NCBI GenBank assembly: GCA_945873815.1
Contig: CAMCEE010000003.1
Coordinates: 76,898-140,897 of the forward strand
DNA length: 64,000 nt
DNA from: an uncultured Bacillales bacterium
GTDB taxonomy: Bacteria > Bacillota_I > Bacilli_A > RFN20 > CAG-449
Reading direction: 5' to 3'
Program-made: the position numbers and the translations under genes
The notes under the pieces: generated by a model
The model's database searches: none
What the model was told of the DNA's origin: nothing
The model's input: the letters and a program-made list of their open reading frames with translations, nothing else
In this document: one piece after another, positions 57,094 through 64,000 of the stretch
Layout: the number at the start of each line of letters is the position of its first letter
Position numbering within the stretch: the first letter of the stretch is position 1

Positions 57094-57501
57094 CTACGCT
57101 TGTTTATTTTTGTAAATTTTAGCGTTAATTTTAGAACCTTTTTTTGAAAGTCTTTTGGCAGAAGGCTTTTTAAAAGTTTGAGGCTTTAAATCACAAGGAG
57201 CAACCCAAAATTTCAGATAAGAATTCGTCTCATAAAATTTGAATAGCTTATTAATGTTAAGGCCAATCAATTCTAGCATAGCTTCTGCCGATACGTTTTT
57301 AATTCCTCTACGTCTCGTTCTCGTATAACCATGGTTTTGTTTTTCGTTTCCAAAAACTCCTTCAACTTGAACACTTCTGTTAACTCTAATTTCAATTCCT
57401 TTAACAGATAGCAAGTTTTCTTCTGATTGTTTTTTGTACTTTAGAAGCTCTAGAACGATTTCAAATATTCTATAATCAGCATCAATGTTTTTAGAATACT
57501 T
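57094..57501 (-). pseudogene. Remnant of an IS1182-family transposase (C-terminal ~135 aa only)
   Basis: The in-frame translation ...RVNRSVQVEGVFGNEKQNHGYTRTRRRGIKNVSAEAMLELIGLNINKL matches the conserved C-terminal block of IS1182-family transposases (RSxVExxFGxxKxNxGxxRFxxRGxxKVxxExxL...N). There is no N-terminal DDE region and no intact inverted repeats, and the remnant lies in ~1 kb of non-coding DNA. Confidence 0.55.
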
Positions 57502-57681
57502 CTATTTCTTTAGATATTTCATTATATTTACTTGATATTTCAATTATATATCTGTATGCTTTTTCAATACATTCAAAAATATTACCTTTATTTACTGTAT
57601 CAAACTTGATTTACTATAATGGTGAGCCGTTTGTCCGTCCATGCGAACAATTTACTATCTTCAAATGAATTACTTCTATCA

Positions 57682-58959
57682 CTAATATTCTAATATATTA
57701 TTTTCCAATAAAAAGTCTTTTAAGCTAATAAACAAATATCCATTATCATCATGTCTTGGAACAATGTTATCCATAACTATAAGTACCTTTTTAAATGAAT
57801 CTTTAATTTTACCAAATGATTTTAATTCTTGTTGCATTTTTTCACTATCAGGAATTCTATATGCAGATTGTATATAATACCTTTTGCTTCCATTATTAAC
57901 AACAAAATCAACTTCAAGATTTTTTCTAATATTATTTTCTCTTATTTCTACTACTCCAACATCCACATTATATCCACGATTTTTTAATTCATTATATATA
58001 AGATTTTCCATTAGATGAGTTTCTTCTATTTGCCTAAAATTTAGTCTAGCATTTCTTATACCAATATCTTCAAAATATATCTTATATGGAGTTGAAATAT
58101 ATTTTTTCCCTTTTATATCAAATCTTCTAGCTATATCAATCATATATGCATCTTTAAAATATTCAATATACTTTTTTATAGTATCATCAGTTAAACTTAA
58201 TTTTTTTATACTGTTAAATGTATCGGATAATTTTTTAGGATTTGTTAAACTAGATATTCCTGATGCAATAATATCAAGTAGTTCTTCTAATTCGTCATCA
58301 TTCTTTATTCTATTTCGATCTATAATGTCTGTTAAATATGTCCTTTCTAATTGAGTTAATAAATACTTATTTTTCTCTTCGTTTGTTGAAGACAAAACTA
58401 CTCTTGGAAGTCCACCATAAACTAAATACTGATGTATTGCAGTATCGTAGTCTAATTTAGTATATTCATAATATTCTTTAAAATTTAATGGCATGACATG
58501 AATTTCATCACCTCTACCTCTAAATTCAGTCAAAACATCTGAAGATAAAAATTTAGAATTACTCCCAGTTACGAAAATTTCAAATTGTTTTCTCGAAAGA
58601 TAGCCATTAAGTACAAATTCAAAATGGTCAAGAAGTTGAACTTCATCAAGTAATAAAAAATATTTATTTTCATCCACAATTAAACTATTAATGTATTTGA
58701 TAAACTTTTTATAATTTACTTTTCGCTTTTCTACTTGTATTTCAACCAAATCTTCGTCAATTTTTTCTAGATCAATTGCAGAATCAAAAGAAAATCTAAT
58801 AATATGTTTTTCATCAGTAACGTTAGTTAATAAATACTCATATAAAATCTCGTTAATTAAATATGATTTTCCAACTCTTCTTATCCCAGTAATTATTTTA
58901 ATAGAATCATTTCCAATACGATTGATCAATTTATTTAGATATTCATCTCTTTTTATCAT
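57682..58959 (-). CDS. AAA-family ATP-binding protein with a DUF4143 C-terminal domain
   Basis: A Walker A motif GIRRVGKS lies near the N-terminus and the architecture matches the AAA_14 + DUF4143 ATP-binding protein family. GGAGG lies 8 nt before the MIKRDEY start. Confidence 0.7.
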   Translation of the reverse strand: MIKRDEYLNKLINRIGNDSIKIITGIRRVGKSYLINEILYEYLLTNVTDEKHIIRFSFDSAIDLEKIDEDLVEIQVEKRKVNYKKFIKYINSLIVDENKYFLLLDEVQLLDHFEFVLNGYLSRKQFEIFVTGSNSKFLSSDVLTEFRGRGDEIHVMPLNFKEYYEYTKLDYDTAIHQYLVYGGLPRVVLSSTNEEKNKYLLTQLERTYLTDIIDRNRIKNDDELEELLDIIASGISSLTNPKKLSDTFNSIKKLSLTDDTIKKYIEYFKDAYMIDIARRFDIKGKKYISTPYKIYFEDIGIRNARLNFRQIEETHLMENLIYNELKNRGYNVDVGVVEIRENNIRKNLEVDFVVNNGSKRYYIQSAYRIPDSEKMQQELKSFGKIKDSFKKVLIVMDNIVPRHDDNGYLFISLKDFLLENNILEY

Positions 58960-59048
58960 GGTAGCACCTCCTATTAGATTTTTTTGTATCTTTTGCCATT
59001 TTTTTCGACTACACAATTATTATATTCTATTTTAATTTAATTTGACAA

Positions 59049-59082
59049 CAAAAAAACTCACTACCACTAGGATAACGAGTTG
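59049..59082 (-). terminator. Candidate terminator downstream of the tRNA-Asn/tRNA-Glu pair
   Basis: On the minus strand an imperfect ~10-bp stem containing G-U pairs is followed by T7. Confidence 0.4.
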
Positions 59083-59093
59083 AATTTTATAGA

Positions 59094-59170
59094 TGGTGAC
59101 CTATACGGGATTCGAACCCATGAATGCATGCGTGAAAGGCATGTGAGTTAAGCCTCTTCTCCAATAGGCC
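59094..59170 (-). tRNA. tRNA-Glu (anticodon UUC)
   Basis: It is 77 nt with the acceptor stem GGCCTAT/ATAGGTC (a G2-U71 wobble) and the anticodon stem-loop CATGC-CTTTCAC-GCATG. The T-arm is GGGTTCGAATCCC and CCA is encoded. It is near-identical in pattern to Bacillus tRNA-Glu. Confidence 0.9.
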
Positions 59171-59177
59171 AATTAGA

Positions 59178-59253
59178 TGGCGCCTTTCGAGGGACTCGAA
59201 CCCACGACCATTCGGTTAACAGCCGAGCGCTCTACCGACTGAGCTAGAAAGGC
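59178..59253 (-). tRNA. tRNA-Asn (anticodon GUU)
   Basis: It is 76 nt with the acceptor stem GCCTTTC/GAAAGGC and the anticodon loop CTGTTAA. CCA is encoded. It has one U-U pair in the T-stem and a C27-A43 mismatch. Confidence 0.8.
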
Positions 59254-59347
59254 ATATATCTAATTTGCTTGATCAATTAATAATCATTAAGTGCCTCAAG
59301 CAAGTAAGATAATATCATATAGTATTTTCTATTGCAATAACTTTTTT

Positions 59348-59578
59348 TTATTTTTTTAATTTCTTTTCTATTACTGAAATTACATCATTTACTGTACCAA
59401 GTTCAAGCATTTCATCATTGTCAAATTCGATACCATATTTTTCTTCCATATCTGTTAACATTTCAACAACATCAAGAGAATCTAATCCTAATTCTTTTAA
59501 GCTGCTTTCTACAGTAACTTCTACTCTTCCATTGACAATTTTATTAAAACTTTCTAAAACTTCTGCTTCAATACTCAT
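59348..59578 (-). CDS. acpP: Acyl carrier protein
   Basis: It is 76 aa and carries the phosphopantetheine attachment motif LGLDSLDVVEM. Confidence 0.85.
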   Translation of the reverse strand: MSIEAEVLESFNKIVNGRVEVTVESSLKELGLDSLDVVEMLTDMEEKYGIEFDNDEMLELGTVNDVISVIEKKLKK

Positions 59579-59647
59579 AAAAACCTCCTATTGAATTTGG
59601 TGAATTGATTATAACAAATTGTTACTCATTTTACAATAATATGTTCA

Positions 59648-61834
59648 TTACGTTTTCTTCGTTTCACTCGCATTTGCATTTGCATCTACATTTTCCGGGA
59701 AAGTAAACTTAAATTTAACGTATTTATCCGAAAAATCTGCAACCAAAGTCGCCTTATATACCGTATTATTCTTTGATACTAAATCTTCAAATGTTATCTC
59801 TCCTTTAGTAAAGATTTCCTTTGCAACTTGTTTTGATACTTCCTTATTAATTTTTTCAAATAGCTTATTATTTTTAAATAAAACCAATCCACATCCTGTA
59901 TAACAGCAACGATATCCAAAATCCGTAATCGCAATCGCATTTTTACATTTAGGGCATTTGCATAGAGTTTTACTCTTTTCAACTTCAAAAACCTTTGGAG
60001 CATAATTATTTTCAAGAATAATATTACTATTAAACACTTCACTAATCTCTTTCTTTGCAATCTCTACTGCATCGTCTATCCTATATTCACCCTTATATAC
60101 TTTCTTTAGTGAACGTCCAAGTTCTGCAGTTTTTTCCTTAGCCATAATAATCTTTAAACCTGAAAGAGTCTCTACATAATATTTTCCCATTGGTTCTAAT
60201 TTATATGTATTATCTTTTAACGATATATATTGAGATTTAATAGCATTTGCAATAATTCCAGATCTTGTAGCTTCTGTACCTAATTCAACTCCTTCAAACA
60301 TTGCTCTTAGTTCTTCTTCTTCAAGTTTTCTTTCATCTTCTTCTGGTAATTCATCTAATTCCTTCATATTCTCTTTAAATGGATTCTTTAAGAAATTATT
60401 CAAAGTTTCTACTGTATAATGCTTTGGAGGTTTCGTCTCTTTTTCCACCTTTTTAAAATCAATATTAACAACTTCTCCTACTTGAAGATTAGGGAGAACC
60501 TTATCTTTCTTTTCTCTCTCTTCAAAAACAGTCCATCCTTTTGATAAAACAACATCTCCGGTTAATTTAAATGTTTCTTTATCTCCCAAAGATATTTCCA
60601 TCGTTGTTCTTGATACAATACAGTCTTCAGCTGAGAACACCGCAAAAAAGCGATTTGCAATAGCTTTATAAACTTTATGTTCCTCTTCTGATAATTCCGA
60701 TTTTTTTGGAATCTTATATGTTGGAGTTAAAGCGGAGTGAGATTCTATTTTAGAATCATCGAATATTGATTTAGAATCTTTAAAACGAATATTAACTCCC
60801 ATTTTTTGAAAAGAAGATATAATCTCTCTAAATTTAGGTTTTTCATTTTCCGCAAGATATTGGGAAGGAGTACGAGGATAAGATACATACCCTTTTTCAT
60901 ATAGATTTTGAACTATTTGTAAAGACTTATCTAAAGACATTTTATATTTTTTCCCTAGTTCGCCTTGCAATTTGCTTAATGAATATAACTTTCCTGGTGA
61001 TATTGTTTTCTTTTCACTAGTTAGGGATGTAACTTTTGCAACTAATTTATTATATTCATTACAAAAATTATCTGCTTCTTTTATTTGTTCGATTGGAAAT
61101 TCAGTTTTTGAAACCAATTCAACTTCTTCTCCATTTGTTTTCTCTTTTGAAACAATCGAATAAAATTTTTTAGGCTTAAAGGAACTGATTGCCATATCTC
61201 TTTCATAGATTGCTTGAACAATCGGTGCAATTACTCTTCCGACTCTAAGAAGTTTACCATTTGCTTTTAAAGTTGCATACCTTGTTAGATTAATGCCATA
61301 CAACCAATCGACATAAGTTCTTGCTAAACCTTCATTTGCTAGAGAATCATATTCACTATCATCTCTCATCATTTCAAGTTCACTCTTTATCGTTTTTGGT
61401 GTTTGATCTGGCATCCATAATCTTTTTATCGGTTTATCTTTTTTTAATGCGTATTTCAAAATAATACGAATGATAATTTCTCCTTCTCTATCACTATCAC
61501 CCGCATTAATAATTGCTTCAACATCATCACGATTAATCAAATCTCTAATCAATTTATATTGCTTAATAATACCATCATCTCTCGTTAATCCAAATTTGAA
61601 TTCTTGAGGATAAAATGGAAGCCCATCCAGAGTCCATCTTTTAGGAGCATCAGCCTTATAATCACTAGAATAAGCTTCGATATCATAAAGAGAAAATAAA
61701 TGGCCATACGCAAAAGTAATGATATATTCATCATTTGCGTAAAAGCCATTTTTCATCTTAAGATTCTTATCTATCGCTAATGCAATGTTTTTGGCTAAAC
61801 TTGGTTTTTCTGCAATAATAACTTTATAGCCCAT
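59648..61834 (-). CDS. topB: DNA topoisomerase III (type IA) with a C-terminal zinc-ribbon
   Basis: It has an N-terminal Toprim domain (KVIIAEKPS; DSDREGE) and topoisomerase IA core domains. A C-terminal Cys4 cluster is present (CKCPKC...CCYTGC). Confidence 0.85.
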   Translation of the reverse strand: MGYKVIIAEKPSLAKNIALAIDKNLKMKNGFYANDEYIITFAYGHLFSLYDIEAYSSDYKADAPKRWTLDGLPFYPQEFKFGLTRDDGIIKQYKLIRDLINRDDVEAIINAGDSDREGEIIIRIILKYALKKDKPIKRLWMPDQTPKTIKSELEMMRDDSEYDSLANEGLARTYVDWLYGINLTRYATLKANGKLLRVGRVIAPIVQAIYERDMAISSFKPKKFYSIVSKEKTNGEEVELVSKTEFPIEQIKEADNFCNEYNKLVAKVTSLTSEKKTISPGKLYSLSKLQGELGKKYKMSLDKSLQIVQNLYEKGYVSYPRTPSQYLAENEKPKFREIISSFQKMGVNIRFKDSKSIFDDSKIESHSALTPTYKIPKKSELSEEEHKVYKAIANRFFAVFSAEDCIVSRTTMEISLGDKETFKLTGDVVLSKGWTVFEEREKKDKVLPNLQVGEVVNIDFKKVEKETKPPKHYTVETLNNFLKNPFKENMKELDELPEEDERKLEEEELRAMFEGVELGTEATRSGIIANAIKSQYISLKDNTYKLEPMGKYYVETLSGLKIIMAKEKTAELGRSLKKVYKGEYRIDDAVEIAKKEISEVFNSNIILENNYAPKVFEVEKSKTLCKCPKCKNAIAITDFGYRCCYTGCGLVLFKNNKLFEKINKEVSKQVAKEIFTKGEITFEDLVSKNNTVYKATLVADFSDKYVKFKFTFPENVDANANASETKKT

Positions 61835-61837
61835 AAT

Positions 61838-63502
61838 TTATTTTAATAATGATATTGCTAATTCAATTCTTCTTTTTACTTTTTCAGTTCCTAAAATATT
61901 TAAGACGTAGAAAATATTAGGTGATTGTTTAGAACCAGATAAACTAATTCTAACCATTTCTGCAACATCTCCAACTTGACCGATATAAGCGTCTTTATTT
62001 GCCTTATAGATTTTTCCTGATTCAGCAAATTTGTGTCTTAATCCAAGTTCTTTCAATCCATTAAACCATTCTTGTTCTCCTTTAGAGAAATCTAATGTAT
62101 CGATAAAATCTTGTAATACGCTAACGATAACATCCTTAGGCATATTTGGATTCCAAGGCAATTCTTTTTTCATTATTTCTTCATAATATTCGTCAAACAT
62201 AAATGAAATCTTTGGAAGTATTTCAGAACAAGTAGCATAGTCTTTTCTTGGATTTGGTTTGTCTTTTTCAATATCTAAAATTCTTGCGAAGAAATCTTCA
62301 TCTCTAACAATCAAATTGTACACTTCTTCATTATATTCCTTCGCCCATTCTTTAACGAAATCTTTTAGTTCATTACCTCTCATTTTTCCAAAATATTCTC
62401 TTGCAAAGAATTTTAATTTTTCATTATCAAATAATGCTCCAAAAAGACTCATTTTATCAAATGACAATGTAAAATCTTCAAAAGATAAATCCGGATTAGC
62501 AATTTGCCATTCTTCATAATTACTATTTGCAATAGTAAATAAATATTGTTTTAATGCAAAAGCAGGATAACCTTCTTCAAGGAAGAAAGAAGTTGCAGCT
62601 TCTTTATCTTTCCTTTTAGACAATTTTCTTTTAACACCATTTTCAGTTTTCATAATTACAGGAAGATGAGCATATTTTGGAGCTTTCCACCCCATAGTCT
62701 CGAATAATTCAATATGAATAGGTAAACTTGGGAGCCATTCTTCTCCACGAGTAACAATAGTTGTTCTCATAAAATGATCATCTACTAAATGTGCAAAGTG
62801 ATATGTAGGTAACCCATCAGACTTATAAATAACGATATCTTGATCGTTTTGTGACAATTCTAGGTCTCCTCTTACTAAATCATGAACAGAGACTTTATTT
62901 TCGTGATTACCACTCGATTTAAATCTAATAACAAAAGGAACTCCTGCAACGATTTTATCATATTGTTCATCTGTTGTTAAAAAGCGACATTTAGCGTGTT
63001 CACCATAGTATCCTGGAATCAATTTCTTCTCTTCTTGAGATTTTCTTAAAATATCCAAATCTTCTCTAGTACAAAAGCAAGGATATGCTTTTCCTTGTTC
63101 CAATAATGCTTTAATCACAATTTTATAGATGCCTTCTCTTTGAGATTGAATATAAGGTCCGTAATTTCCTTCGGAATGATCGCCTAAATATCCTTCGTTA
63201 GGAAAGACGCCGAATACTTTTAATTGATCTAACAATACTTGTCCTGATCCTGCTATTTCTCTTTTTGTATCTGTATCTTCTAAACGAGTATAGAAAACAC
63301 CATTTGATTGTTTAGCAATTTTTTGACCAACCAATGTCGTAAAAAGTGAGCCAGTATGCAAAAATCCAGTTGGGGAAGGTGCAAATCTAGTTACTTCTGC
63401 TCCTTCAGGAAGATTTCTTTCTGGATATCTTTTTTCTAAATCTTCAATTGTATCCTTTATATCAGGAAAAATTAAATCTGCTAATTCTTTATATGTTCTC
63501 AT
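61838..63502 (-). CDS. gltX: Glutamate--tRNA ligase (long form)
   Basis: It has a class I HIGH-type motif (FAPSPTGFLHTGS) and a KMSKS-type motif (KLSKRK). At 554 aa it is longer than canonical GluRS. Confidence 0.7.
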   Translation of the reverse strand: MRTYKELADLIFPDIKDTIEDLEKRYPERNLPEGAEVTRFAPSPTGFLHTGSLFTTLVGQKIAKQSNGVFYTRLEDTDTKREIAGSGQVLLDQLKVFGVFPNEGYLGDHSEGNYGPYIQSQREGIYKIVIKALLEQGKAYPCFCTREDLDILRKSQEEKKLIPGYYGEHAKCRFLTTDEQYDKIVAGVPFVIRFKSSGNHENKVSVHDLVRGDLELSQNDQDIVIYKSDGLPTYHFAHLVDDHFMRTTIVTRGEEWLPSLPIHIELFETMGWKAPKYAHLPVIMKTENGVKRKLSKRKDKEAATSFFLEEGYPAFALKQYLFTIANSNYEEWQIANPDLSFEDFTLSFDKMSLFGALFDNEKLKFFAREYFGKMRGNELKDFVKEWAKEYNEEVYNLIVRDEDFFARILDIEKDKPNPRKDYATCSEILPKISFMFDEYYEEIMKKELPWNPNMPKDVIVSVLQDFIDTLDFSKGEQEWFNGLKELGLRHKFAESGKIYKANKDAYIGQVGDVAEMVRISLSGSKQSPNIFYVLNILGTEKVKRRIELAISLLK

Positions 63503-63520
63503 TTTTCAATCTCCTTTAAA

Positions 63521-64000
63521 TTATTTATGTGGTTCGACATAGAATCTACCAATTAATTGTTCAACTTTAGAAACAGTGATAAACGCTTTAGGATCAATCT
63601 CTTTAGCAATCTTTGTAGCCTTCTTAATCTCATCATAAGATAAAACAATATATATCACATTTTTATCTTTTTTTGCAAAAGCGCCTTTACCATGAAGTAT
63701 TGTTGCACTATGAGGAAAATTAGATATCAATATTTCAGCCATTCCATCATTCTCTGTAATGATTTGCATTTGCATTTTTCTATTTCTTGTGACCATTATA
63801 TCAACAACGAACGAGCTAACAAAGAAGTAGAAAATACTATATATCGAAATATTTATAAAACTTAAATTCCCATCATCGATGCAAGAAAGGATTGTGTAAA
63901 TCGTAATAATACATGCATTTATAAGCATTGAGATTCTACCCATTGTATAATTTGGTCTTTTTTCAGTCACATATATAGAAACAATATCAATTCCTCCAGC
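63521..64000 (-). CDS. YitT-family membrane protein (DUF161 + C-terminal DUF2179), partial with the N-terminus beyond the window
   Basis: The C-terminal DUF2179-like region (ATILHGKGAFAKKDKNVIYIVLSYDEIKKATKIAKEIDPKAFITVS) is present. The reading frame stays open to the window edge. Confidence 0.55.
   Translation of the reverse strand, partial: AGGIDIVSIYVTEKRPNYTMGRISMLINACIITIYTILSCIDDGNLSFINISIYSIFYFFVSSFVVDIMVTRNRKMQMQIITENDGMAEILISNFPHSATILHGKGAFAKKDKNVIYIVLSYDEIKKATKIAKEIDPKAFITVSKVEQLIGRFYVEPHK

Noticed and set aside
1-64000. CRISPR arrays, intact integrases or recombinases, toxin-antitoxin pairs, restriction-modification genes and prophage structural genes
   Set aside because: I scanned intergenic regions and ORF products for direct-repeat arrays, tyrosine or serine recombinase motifs and phage hallmark proteins and found none. 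The only mobile-element trace is the truncated IS1182-type remnant at 57094-57501.

Overview
This is a very AT-rich window with short Shine-Dalgarno-type ribosome-binding sites, TGA used as a stop codon (standard code), and many lipoproteins carrying Ser/Thr-rich linkers. That fits a low-GC Firmicutes/Tenericutes-like (Erysipelotrichia/Acholeplasma-like) chromosome. The left third is core housekeeping. One tightly packed minus-strand run encodes sufC-sufD-sufS-sufU-sufB, then mnmG-rsmG-parA-parB and a lone ABC ATPase. It is flanked by a D-Ala-D-Ala carboxypeptidase and a GH1 beta-glucosidase. Next come two tandem tiny-transmembrane (YjcZ-like) ORFs the six-frame track missed, two large lipoproteins (one with a parvulin/PrsA-like core), a HIT protein, yhaM, recX, and a glycolipid locus with two GT4 glycosyltransferases and a flippase-like LPG-synthase-TM protein. 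The middle contains LemA/DUF2207, a MATE exporter, manA, an ABC exporter with a winged-helix (wHTH) regulator and candidate operator, and tRNA-Thr. After that lies an accessory block. It has a membrane-anchored 4xDUF1508 (YegP) protein and a 2432-aa surface protein combining a lactocepin-like S8 protease, a PA domain, BspA-type LRRs and a Listeria-Bacteroides repeat, with both an N-terminal lipobox and a C-terminal TM anchor. Five Ser-rich lipoproteins follow, one a HExxH metallopeptidase. The right third has an M29 aminopeptidase, DAG-kinase-like lipid kinase and a TetR regulator. It also has a compact uncharacterised operon (CN-hydrolase, membrane protein, metallophosphoesterase, GH3-family amido synthetase, ICMT-like methyltransferase). 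It then has a decayed IS1182-family transposase remnant, a DUF4143 AAA ATPase, tRNA-Glu and tRNA-Asn, an acyl carrier protein (ACP), topoisomerase III, gltX and a partial YitT-like gene. No CRISPR array, intact integrase or intact mobile element was seen. The most system-like novelties are the GH3/ICMT/CN-hydrolase operon and the giant protease-LRR gene with its lipoprotein cluster.
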